A DNA stretch of 64,000 bases from Amoebidium appalachense. Taxonomy: Eukaryota > Protista > Ichthyosporea. The stretch covers positions 1,612,001 through 1,676,000 of the forward strand of contig CAVNZM010000008.1 in the NCBI GenBank assembly GCA_963693365.1. Direction: 5' to 3'. Both the position numbers and the translations under genes were made by a program. The notes under the pieces are model-generated. The model worked only from the letters and a program-made list of their open reading frames with translations. It was not told where the DNA came from and did no database searches. The stretch's first letter is position 1. Each line of letters starts with the position of its first letter. Shown here in pieces: positions 14,489-25,439 of the stretch.

Positions 14489-15310
14489 TGTGTTTGAGGT
14501 GTAGAAACAGCCCAGAAGGAACTGTCACCGCGTTACCCTAGCGCGAAAAACCGCACTAAAAGAAAGGTGTAGCTTGTCGTATTTTAGGGGGTGTAGCTTG
14601 TCGTATCCTAATGTATGTGTACTAGAGACGCGGCACTCTACTAAGTGTACACACACGAAAAGGAACGAACGTGTACAGAAAAACGGTAAAGTTTATTCAG
14701 ACCAGGCTCCGACGGGCAAACTTAGATCCGAACGGAATGAGTCTAAGTTACGACTGAGGCCATCAAGGCCGTGCCCTACAAGATCATCATCACCTGGCCC
14801 CCTACGATGCCACATTCCATTAACATTCCGATCTACTTTTATCGTGCGCCTGCACGAGCTAAGTCGATCTACTCAACTAATATATTTATCCAAGTCTCAC
14901 CCCTCACCCTTCCCCTAGTGGCACCGCAGAGTCTAATTCTACATTTCATACTATCTCCCTCCCCCCTCCCTCCCCCCTTTCCTCTGTCATCGAAATATAT
15001 AAATACGTTTGGCAGCATACACTATCAGAACTTGCCAATATTTACAAAAGGGCTTCTGCCCGAACAATCACATTCCTAAGTCCTCCTACGATCTATCCTA
15101 CACACTAATTAGAATTCTATTGGTCGGCTGTCGCAGCTGACGTGGTCCTGCCCTGCGCCGGCAGAGGCAAGATGATGCACGCAGCTGCACAGCTATCTTG
15201 AGGCCCCGGACTTGATCTTGATGATCTGTGGACCCGGGCCACCCCCCCCCCCCCCCCCGATCTCGATCGTAGACTTAGGCTAATCTGCTGAGACGGATTA
15301 GTATATGTCA
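12326..15310 (-). mobile_element. Ty3/gypsy chromovirus-like family B, internally deleted copy
   Basis: LTRs at 12326-13040 and 14599-15310 (TGACATAT...ATACGACA); PPT at 13041-13060. Gag N-terminus is fused to the integrase C-terminus. Confidence 0.95.
13349..14404 (-). CDS. In-frame Gag(N-term)-integrase GPY/F-chromodomain fusion created by a deletion
   Basis: 351-aa ORF with junction ELEYTAR|VLIRDHT near 13900. Contains FIGPYKIV and chromodomain YYLIRFEGGYQEDQWLPE. Expression is unknown. Confidence 0.7.
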   Translation of the reverse strand: MAKFNVDMFYALAAEDSSLHTQVPQVHTLDVRQTTAFSFILKHDSEIPRWLRTLLANTPTLVLDTKKAPTVAASCLMIKQCIDHKTMADLCTLMEEHPYRAEQAPQVTARIYEQQYDEGRDEMVSRTLGQKRLAARFIPDDEDENSTDDVDGELEAFTRPENELEYTARVLIRDHTRKKRYKQEQEGKGEGESLCKYGKKWLPLFIGPYKIVARLGPTEYKVQRLDNESDVRFYNVDDIKEYYDRALRVKRPEGRRVLDSFTPDYDGSVDVSKAAVDKIMDKKVIEGKEGKVNYYLIRFEGGYQEDQWLPEFHLDCPFSIRAYEARLVQRELPSAPRPLGQRELFLSLIVV

Positions 15311-15383
15311 GTCTAGTCAACCCCGTTCATTTACAAATATATTGTTTTGTCACGGACACACGATCATTTTATACAACAAATAT

Positions 15384-16044
15384 CAACATCAGAGCACCAT
15401 ACAGACTTATCTACTAGGGTGGTATCCATACGTACAGCAGGAGAAATGTATCCTGCCAAAGCTCGGAGTCCGAAAAAGCGATAATGATCAGTACGGTGTT
15501 GCCTAAGGAACATATTATTATTAACACATGCCGACTGAGTTTTACCTTGGATTTCTCTATCAGAACGAGAAAGAAACTCATACTGCGTATGGTAATAACG
15601 CGAAAAGGCAGAAAAAACAGGAAGAGAAAAGAAAGAGGGAGTGAGATAGCGAGAGGAAGAATCAGGTTGAAAGAGGGTAGGCTGAGGACATTCAGAAGTA
15701 GCGTTATTGAATCGGGGGGAAGAGGGATGGAGGGAGGGGGGGCCCGGGGAAAGAAAGCATAAAGAGGGTGACCATCAGGTATCTTAACTAAATGAAAACA
15801 AAAACGAAGAGACAATTCCTCCATACGACAAACAGCAGACGACAATCCAAACATACTGATTAAGGAAGGCACAAACCGAGTACGAAACAAAGTGCGCAGC
15901 GCAGTACCCTGAAAATCGTCGAACTCTTTCAGCACCACGGCCGCCTCGCGAGGTGGGGCGCAGGCCAATAGCGGAAGTCCATATTCGAAAGTCGGCCGTA
16001 AAAAAAGTTTTATAGTAGAGAAGAAGGTTCGCAGGATGGATCAC
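15384..16044 (-). mobile_element. 3' part of the LINE whose RT lies at 3001-4641
   Basis: ATCAC (16040-16044) is the reverse complement of GTGAT (4637-4641). The protein continues RESV|IHPANLLL. Confidence 0.85.
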
Positions 16045-16126
16045 TGTTGGAATACGTCACCATGTATGACAGCAAGAGCCTTGAAGTATGTATGTGTCTT
16101 AGCTTGTTTGTATTCGTGTCTGCTTT

Positions 16127-16177
<51 letters not shown>

Positions 16178-16924
16178 CCCCCCCCCCCCCCCCCCCCTCT
16201 CTCTCTCTCCCTTGTTTCTGTGAGCACAGATATCTGTAGATCTGTGCACACCTGGCTCTCTTGCCTGATAAGAACTTATTGTATTTTATTTCTGTTTGCT
16301 CTCCTCTGTTTATCTGAGAGGTAGCGTGATTGGCTAGCTACACTCGTTGTCTTTCCTTTATTACAAAATGGCTTAGTTTTGTTCTCAAATGGATGGCTCG
16401 CCAATAGTCGCGAGCGAGTACATCTGTAGATCGTGTTGTGCATTCCTGTCTATTAATATATGTGTGTTGTGATTGGACAATAGATATATATGGAATTCGG
16501 TTTATTGCAAAGTGTCTTCACTTTGAGAGTGTCGACTGTTAGGAAATATATGTATTTAAATAAGTTTCTTTATAGAGACGAACATAAATATATATGTGAG
16601 TTAATAGTGACTAGATGTGTAATTACTTAATTTATTTAAGTAAGAGTTTCTAAACTTTAGTTTAATCGGAAGTTGGAATGCGCATGCTCTGTTGGAATGT
16701 GTTTTTCTATCTTCTGATAGAACCGATTGGTTCTCCCTCTTTAGTTGTGATAAGGTGATAAGTCGCAAGTACAAAAGGAACCGAGAGCACAATAAAGAAT
16801 CAGTTGTTGTTTGAATCTTTCAATGTCTCGTGAACAACTCCGATTGCCCTCTCATTAATGTGTTAGTCGTGTTTTACATGACACCTCTGTGCACTCTGCT
16901 CCCTTAGACCCGTACAAAACAACA
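16045..16924 (+). repeat. Copia family C 5' LTR (outer element)
   Basis: TGTTGG...CAACA, followed by a PBS-type sequence. Confidence 0.95.
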
Positions 16925-16964
16925 GGTATGGGCCCAGCACGCTTCCACAACAGGTTAAAGGCCC
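16925..16964 (+). other. Half-tRNA-iMet primer binding region (tandem)
   Basis: GGTATGGGCCCAGCACGCTTCCAC is complementary to the anticodon/D arm of initiator tRNA-Met. It is followed by AACA-GGTTAAAGGCCC. Confidence 0.85.
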
Positions 16965-18221
16965 ATTTTCGCACCCTCTCGCAACACATCTAGACCTAGC
17001 AATCGTTAAATTCTGGTACACATCATAGCTGTGGTCAGCTCCTCATGCACCTCATCTAATGGTCACTTGCGTGTTAACGTTGAGTGCCTATTCCGTGAAT
17101 TGACGCCGCCCCCCTTCCTCTTGGTGCTGAGGTCGTGTACATCTCTCCCTGGCGTCCCCTAAACCCGTCTGTGCTTTTCTGCACATTCCGTCTCTGGCAC
17201 TTCCCGCCGTCAACGAGCCTCTCGGCTCCTCCCGCGACCGGCCGTAACCGGTCCTCCGTCACTCCCCTTGACAAGATCTGACTCATCTTGACAAGAGCTT
17301 CTGTCATGCCTTGACAATCGTGCCATCCTTGCAAGTTTCAGCTTGCCCTCCTTCCAGTTCCGTCCTGGTTCCTCTCCGTCACGTCAAACCTTCCTCCACC
17401 CTTGGTTCTGCCGTCGCGCTCCAAGTTCTTCTTTGACACTTCATGACGTGTCCCCCTGTCCCGACGTGGTCTCCACCGCGCCGCCCTGTCTGCCCCGGAG
17501 GCTCCCATTCCATAACATCGAAATCCCAATCACTCGTCAAATTTCAAACCCGGCTCCATTCCGATCGACGATCATTTGACACCCCGTCTCGATCCGACTT
17601 GACTATCCTCCCTCAAGTCCATCTGAAGTACCCAAATTCGGTACTTCTTTCCAGTCTCCCGTGTTCAACACAGTCCAAGCACTTTGTGCTTTCCTACTCC
17701 ATAGGAGTCCCGGCCCCGAGTCCCTGCCAGAACCGTTTACCTTGTCGTCCAACATGCTCCCTTCCAGGATTTCCAACCCTGTTCCCACCACCGTGCCGTC
17801 ACTGTCGCCGGACCCCTCACATTCCATTGATCTGCCCCGCATTCCGGCAGCAGTTTCCTCCGATCACGTGGCCAGCCTCGTCGAGCTCTCAGCTCCCCCA
17901 AACCCTGCGTTACCCCTGCAGCTGTTTCCCCCCGTTACCCCCCGACCCCGGCAAGCAACACGTGCTGCCAGGTCCGGCCGTTCCCATCCACGTTTCTAGC
18001 CAGCCTACCGTGCTGCCTGCCCCCGTTTCCGAAGCCCCTGTCTTCGACGAATCACAGTTCACCACGGCATCCAATCAGATTTCTGTGCCGGCCACCAATC
18101 AGCCGACCTCAATCGATCCATCACTGCCATCCCTGGATCCTCACTCCGATGACGATGAGATTCAGTCAGTGATTCTCCGTCATTCCCCCCGTCGTGTGCC
18201 TGCCCCCGTGGGTCCACCCAC

Positions 18222-18430
18222 TGTTGTTTTGTACGGGTCTAAGGGAGCAGAGTGCACAGAGGTGTCATGTAAAACACGACTAACACATTAATGAGAGGGC
18301 AATCGGAGTTGTTCACGAGACATTGAAAGATTTCAAACAACAACTCCGATTGCCCTCTCATTAATGTGTTAGTCGTGTTTTACATGACACCTCTGTGCAC
18401 TCTGCTCCCTTAGACCCGTACAAAACAACA
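18222..18430. repeat. Fold-back (92-bp inverted arms, 25-nt spacer) made of two family C U5 ends
   Basis: 18222-18313 is the reverse complement of 18339-18430. Confidence 0.95.
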
Positions 18431-18548
18431 GGTTAAAGGCCCATTTTCGCACGCTCTCGCAACACATACTCTCGCTGCAATCGAAAATATTCAAATTTGA
18501 ATACCGATCTGATTCCTCTCTCACGCATCATCTGACTGATTGATCACC

Positions 18549-19054
18549 ATGTCGGAGAAACCTGCGTATCTCAACCTCACCCCCTGGAAAGGGGATGACA
18601 CCACGGACAAGAAGTCCGGTAAACGTCTCACCTATTATGAGTGGGAACCCGTCATCTTCCGGTACCTACGTACTACCACCGCGGCCAAGTTAGTGCCCGT
18701 CATCAAGGCCCCCGAGTGGGTCGACCCTTCCGACGAGAACGTGTGGCACGGCTATGACACTGAGGAGGCCTACACCGAGGCTTCCAACTTCCTTGAACAG
18801 ATGTTTACTCAACTCGTCTCCAATGATGAGCTGTATAACTCTGGTCAAATCCACGATGATGTGTCACCTGCCCAAGCTTTCCACAACCTCCGTATGACCT
18901 ATGCGGCTGTACGTGAAGATCGTGCTCGTCAAATCCTCCTCGACTACCATGAGCTTGAACTCAAAGACTTCAAGACCGTCACGGCCTACCTCACCATGGC
19001 ACGCCGTCTGTGCACTACCCTGCACATCCTCGAAGAGCCCATTCCTCACAAGAC
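18549..19054 (+). pseudogene. gag: Copia family C gag, N-terminal half (interrupted by family B)
   Basis: MSEKPAY...EEPIPHKT follows U5/PBS. It continues as MMVDNFF at 12319 (minus) across TSD AAGAC. Confidence 0.9.
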
Positions 19055-19922
19055 TGACATATACTAATCCGTCTCAGCAGATCAGCCTAAGTCTACGATT
19101 GAGATCGGGGGGGGGGGGGGGGGGGGGTGGCCCGGGTCCACAGATCATCAAGATCAAGTCCGGGGCCTCAAGATAGCTGTACAGCTGCGTGCATCTTGCC
19201 TCTGCCGGCGCAGGGCAGGACCACGTCAGCCGGGGCAGCCGACCAATAGAATTCTAATTGGTGTGTAGGATAGATCGTAGGAGGACTTAGGAATGTGATT
19301 GTTCGGGCAGAAGCCCTTTTGTAAGTATTGGCAAGGTTTGATAGTGTATGTTGCCAAACGTATTTATATATTTCGATGTAGAGGAAAGGGGGGAGGGAGG
19401 GGGGGGGAGGATAGTATGAAATGTAGATTTAGACTCTGCGGTGCCACTAGGGGGAGGGTGAGGGGTGAGACATGGATAAATATATTAGTTGAGTAGATCG
19501 ACTTAGCTCGTGCAGGCGCACGATAAAGTAGATCGAAATGTTTGGAATGTGGCATCGTAGGGGGGCCAGGTGATGATGATCTTTGAGGGCACGGCCTTGA
19601 TGGCCTCAGTTGTGACTTAGCCTCATCCCGTACGGATCTAAGTTTTGCCCGTCGGAGCCTGGTCTGAATAAACTTTACCGTTTTTCCGTACACGTTCGTT
19701 CCTTTTCGTGTGTGTACACTTAGTAGAGTGCCGCGTCTCTAGTACATACACAATAGGATACGACAAGCTACACCTTTCTTTTAGTGCGGTTTTTCGCGCT
19801 AGGGTAACGCGGTGACAGTTCCTTCTGGGCTGTTGCTACACCTCAAACACACAACAAAAAAAAAACAAAAAACAAAAAAAAAACATAAACACAACCACAC
19901 GAGTTCGGGCACACACCACACA

Positions 19923-21255
19923 ATGGCTAAGTTCAACGTAGATATGTTCTACGCATTGGCAGCGGAGGATAGCTCCCTGCACACACAGGTACCACAGGTT
20001 CATACACTAGACGTTAGACAGACCACAGCTTTCAGTTTTACACTCAAACACGACTCGGAAATACCTAGGTGGCTTAGGACACTCCTAGCTAACACACCCA
20101 CACTTGTGTTAGACACAAAGAAGGCCCCCACTGTGGCGGCCTCGTGCCTCATGATCAAGCAGTGCATCGACCACAAGACAATGGCCGACTTATGCACCCT
20201 TATGGAGGAGCACCCGTACCGGGCCGAGCAGGCCCCCCAGGTGACGGCTCGTATATACGAGCAGCAGTACGACGAGGGGAGGGACGAGATGGTGTCCCGG
20301 ACGCTCGGCCAGAAACGTCTGGCCGCACGATTCATCCCCGACGACGAGGACGAGAACAGCACCGACGACGTGGACGGGGAGCTCGAGGCCTTCACACGGC
20401 CAGAAAACGAGCTCGAGTATACGGCCCGGCTCGTCGGCCGATACCTGACGGCCGACCGGCGCCGTACCTTCCGGGCCCAGCTACGAGAATGGAAGTATAC
20501 CTTTCCCACTTTAGATATGTCCCCCGTAGAAGCTCGCATTCTTTGAGAGGGAATATCGGGTCTTTGAAGACCTTTGTGAGTTAGCTGGTGACGTGAGTGA
20601 TAGGGAAAAGTTCGAGTTTGCTCGTAAGGCTCTCTCTGTAAACACAGACACTGCACGCATGTTTGGGGAGCATGATGATGTAAATGAGGTGGTGTTGCAT
20701 GTTAAACGTCACTTGCTTGCCATGCACGAGGTGAAGTTCAATAAGAGGGATAAAAAGGAGGTGATGGAAGTAGACAAGAAAAAGAAGGAGAGTGGACAGA
20801 AGGGGGAAAAAGAGAAAAAAGAGGGTGAACAGCCAGATGCACTCACCATGTTGGTCAAGCAGGTTGCCGAGCTCTCCCAGGCCGTCTTCTCTGGCCGAGG
20901 GGGCTTCGGCTTTCGGGGTGGCCGTGGCGGCGACCGGGGTGGACACGGCGGTCGTGGGCGCGGTGGACGTGGAGGACAACAGCAGCAGTTCACCGAGAGG
21001 TTTGCCCCTTACCTTGCTCGTGGTGGTGGGCAGGGTAGAGGGAGGGGTGGAAATGGTGGTGAGAGAGGCCTAGGGGGGCAGGGGGGAAGGGGGGGCCGTG
21101 GTGCACACGGTGGGCCCCCCCAGCATGACCGGGCTCCCGGTTATGCTTCGCGCCAAGGTTTTGAAGTCCCCCCTGGCCCCTTCTTTGGTGCATGTTACTC
21201 TTGTGGCCGGCAAAGGCACTCTGCTGCATATTGCCGTAGTTACAAGAGCTATTGA
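19923..21255 (+). pseudogene. gag: Family B gag (disrupted near 20545-20595)
   Basis: MAKFNVDMFY start, RGG-rich tract, zinc knuckle CYSCGRQRHSAAYC. Confidence 0.85.
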
Positions 21256-21615
21256 GTTCCGGGGGAGGGGGAAGCTGGGGTCACTGAGGGAGGGGGGGGG
21301 GACAGTATCGGTCCCCCCCAGGTTGCAGAGAACCTTCACCCTCCCCCACCCCAGGTTAAGCTTCCCTTTGCCCCCTCACCGCCCCGATACGTGTGGGAGC
21401 CGGGCATCGTCGTGGGTCCTCAAGACAGCGTCGAGGTGGTATGGCATGAATGTTTGTGGGGTGACTCTACCAAAGGTATGAATGGTGTGAATGTTTTGTG
21501 GTTGGGGGAGGTTCCCCAGCCACAAGTGGATGGTCTCAGTGTTTCTTGTCCCAACCCGGTGTTTGTCCTAACCACACCGGAGGGGGTTTCTGTGCCATTG
21601 TTTCCGGGAGGGGGG

Positions 21616-24600
21616 TGTAAACAGTTGGACAGTTGGACTAGTTGGGATAAGGCAGAGTACAACTGAATCAAAATAAAGACAGAGAACGGGTAGAAAGGCA
21701 CACGCGGCCAGGTTACTTTTACTATGGGCCGACTCAGTCTGTCTCAGACTTCACTGATGTGATCCCCGTACTGGGACGGCTTTGTTATATAGCCCCCAGG
21801 TTTCGGATCAAGGCCCAGGATTGGTTCATCCGCGGCCAGCGCGGGTGGCAACATGCCATTCGTGATTCTGGTGCGGTCCGAGCCAGTCAGACCTTTGTCC
21901 TATTTATGCAAACATCTTATTGGTTCACTTCGTTTATGTGGTATGCAGCGGAAGAACCATATATGGTTCAATTCTTAGGTTAGAGTGAGTCCTATTGGTG
22001 CGGACATAATATTTATGTGATATTCATGACAAAGCACGAATCGTGTGCTAGTAGATCACATTCTTTAGTAAACATGTACAGTTCATGTGTACAGTTGTTT
22101 ACACTACCCCCTTGTCGGGAGCCTGGTGGTGTCGTTAGACAAGCAAACCACCAGGCTGAGAGGCGATAAACAACCTTCAGCGAGAATTCTTGTGCGTGCC
22201 GAGCTGCTGGACAGAACAGAGCAAGGACGGTGGAATAGAGTTGTGCACGTCTATGGGCACTTCTTCATTTGCCAAAACACAAATTCATGCAGCATTCTTC
22301 TGTGTTTTCATTTTCGTGGCGAAGATTGTTGCAGAGTGTGCGTGCGAATTGTTCGCTTCGTCTCTGTGCTTGGCTTTTTCTGTAGAAGTAATATTTTCCT
22401 TTTTTAGGTGTTTTTCCTTTTTAGGAAACTCCCGCAGATTCGTTTTCAATTGCGAGTAATTTAGTTGTGTGGATGAATGATCATACCGTGACCAAACATT
22501 CGATAATGAATATAACTCAAGCCTTAGGTCACTTCGTAGCTCAGGTAGTGGTGGATAGCTTCAAGGCTTAGCCGCTGCTCCTTATCCCGGTTCTACCTTA
22601 AGATTATAAAGCGAGTCGCCATGGCCAGAAAAGCCACTTCTTTCATGAACAAATAGCACTTCTTTCCTTTCAGCTTTAACCCTGCATCATCGGAGCTGGG
22701 AAAAACATGAATAAAAATGCCCAAGTGTTCTTCGTTGGGCGACATAAAGAAATATATCACCCGTCAGAACCAGTAAAAACCCGGTTCATAATTCATAAGA
22801 AGAGGGTAGGCAAAGCAAGCCTTCTTCAGAAAACACATGCTTCCATTCGTGAGCAGTTTTCGTATCCCATTTGCCAGCCATTTTCGTTGAGCAGGGGGAT
22901 TCCAGGCATAATACATTCTTCTGGAGGCTTGGCCTAAAAAGAAAAGTCGTCACAGTCGCCCTTTCTTGTGTAAGCAACTTCGTGAGCGCGCTTCGTGTTT
23001 TCATATCCTCCAGTGCAGGTCTGGATGGTGCCCCATCCTCTGCTTCATTTGTAGGTGGCCCTACTGTAGGTTCTGTTCGTTGTGTGGAATACCAAAACCA
23101 TTCGTATTCGTGGAACTGCTTTGTGCTGTGCTTTCTTTCGTGTTGGTGTTCATGAAGTTACCCCGTTCACACACCTACTACTTTCATACATCAGACGTAA
23201 GTAGCTGCCTGGGGGGTGTGTGGTTCGTGTTCGTGGCATTCTTCTGTTCCTTCGTGAGAAGAATATTCGGTTTAGCAGAGGTGCCCAATAAGGCAGCTTG
23301 TGGGGTTGTCTCCCGCATGTGCCCATTGGTGGGGTATGCACGTGCTAAATTGTTACAGTGTCATCATATTGCAAGGGAATAACATGGTCACCTCCGTACC
23401 AGGGCCTAGGTACACATGATGGTCCGATGTGTTAGTCAACAACACCTTGCATTCGTATTCGTATTCGTCTTCCACGTCACTTTCTTCAGTAGTGAAGGAG
23501 GGTATTCGTAATTCGAAACTGAAAGGCTTCCAGCCAAAATACTGACACTGTATGCTGGGGTTGTGAGGGAACGGTGCCCATACCACATTCTTTTGTTTTC
23601 TTTATTCTGGTGGGGGTGTGCCGGCAGCAATTTTAATTTGCATGCAGGTATTCCAGGCTTTACAGCATAGTTCGTATGTTATAGTATTTGTACAGTATTG
23701 CCACACACTGGCAGTTACCTGTAAATTCGTACCCCACAGCTTCGTTTGTTTCGCATGCACGAACAAAAGTTCTGCATCGACTTTATTACATGCCTTCTGT
23801 GCACCAAGAGTGCAAATTCGTTGGGGCATGGCACCAGGAAGGGCCATACATGAGGCATATGTTCGTAATGTGTTTAGGCATGCCAGCATACATTCATGCG
23901 CATGTTGTGCATCCTGTGCGCTAAACTATGGGGCATGCTGTATTCGACAACAGCAAGAAATTCGAAGCATGCATGCAAAACTACTTTCACAGCACCTTAT
24001 GTCCTACATGCTATAGGAACAGCGACTATCTTCTTCTTTAAATGCATTCGTGCTGAAAGTGGCCGTGCATCTGGGTTGCGAGTGTGGACGTGCACGTGGT
24101 GGCATGGACACGATGACAGTGTGCAATAGCGCAATGCACGCAAGGGCAACGGTTTTCTTTTCTTCGTAACATAGAGGGGGCCGTGTGCATTGCAACCGAA
24201 GCAGTGTTGTGCATTCGTTCTTTTCATTTTCGTGTTTCCATTTCATTTTGCTTTCGTTTTTCGTTTTTTGTCGTTTAATAACTTCGTTACTTTGTTTTGT
24301 TTTGTGTTGCATTCATTTCGTATTTCCTCTATGCATTCGCTTGTAGTTAATTCTTTATTTCATTGTGTATTCGTGATGGTTCGTTTTTCGTTGGTTCATT
24401 GCTTCGTTAGCAATTCTTTATTCGTTTGTTCGTGTATTCGTTGTTTCGTTGTGTATTCGTTTTTCTTCACATTTTTGATGTGTCGTAGCAAAAGAAGTTT
24501 TACATGCTTTCAATTCTTTCCGTGTAGGTGGGCTGGCCACTTCAAACTTGTAGGTGTATATATTCTAAGCCGGACAAGGAAAGATGTGCCTATCATCGGG

Positions 24601-25218
24601 GTAAAAAGGATTGTGATCGGCCATGGGAGATTCTTGAGCTGATTGAAAGATGTGAGATTCTTGAATGTGAGATTCTTGAACTGATTGAAAGATGTGAGAT
24701 TCGAAGGATGCGAGGTTCTTGAACTGCGCGGTCGCCAATGTAAACAGTTGGACTAGTTGGGATAAGGCAGAGTACAACTGAATCAAAATAAAGACAGAGA
24801 ACGGGTAGAAAGGCACACACGGCCAGGTTACTTTTACTATGGGCCGACTCAGTCTGTCTCAGACTTCACCGATGTGATCCCCGTACTGGGACGGCTTTGT
24901 TATATAGCCCCCAGGTTTCGGATCAAGGCCCAGGATTGGTTCATCCGCGGCCAGCGCGGGTGGCAACATGCCATTCGTGATTCTGGTGCGGTCCGAGCCA
25001 GTCAGACCTTTGTCCTATTTATGCAAACATCTTATTGGTTCACTTCGTTTATGTGGTATGCAGCGGAAGAACCATATATGGTTCAATTCTTAGGTTAGAG
25101 TGAGTCCTATTGGTGCGGACATAATATTTATGTGATATTCATGACAAAGCACGAATCGTGTGCTAGTAGATCACATTCTTTAGTAAACATGTACAGTTCA
25201 TGTGTACAGTTGTTTACA
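21616..25218 (-). mobile_element. Family A non-autonomous LTR element, complete copy 2
   Basis: LTRs 21616-22103 and 24739-25218; PBS TGGCGACCGCG (tRNA-Arg-like); PPT; TSD GGGGG (empty site at ~47554-47562). No intact ORF. Confidence 0.95.
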
Positions 25219-25439
25219 GGGGGGGGACACACACGAGTAAAGGGGGAAGGGGGGGGAAGGCACAGACACGTAGAAACACACCACCACAACAACATACGAC
25301 GGTTGCAGACACACCTACACCCACACACACACCCACACATACACCAAACACACACACACCACCCACCCACACACCACACACACACACTCCACCACCACCC
25401 ACATCACATACACACCCCACCCCACCCGTGCAGGCACCA

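Larger units (their letters stand above)
16045..18221 (+). mobile_element. Copia family C outer element, 5' part (non-autonomous)
   Basis: LTR, PBS, ~1 kb of unassigned sequence, then the linker VFDESQFTTASNQIS. Ends at TSD CCCAC (18217-18221). Confidence 0.9.
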
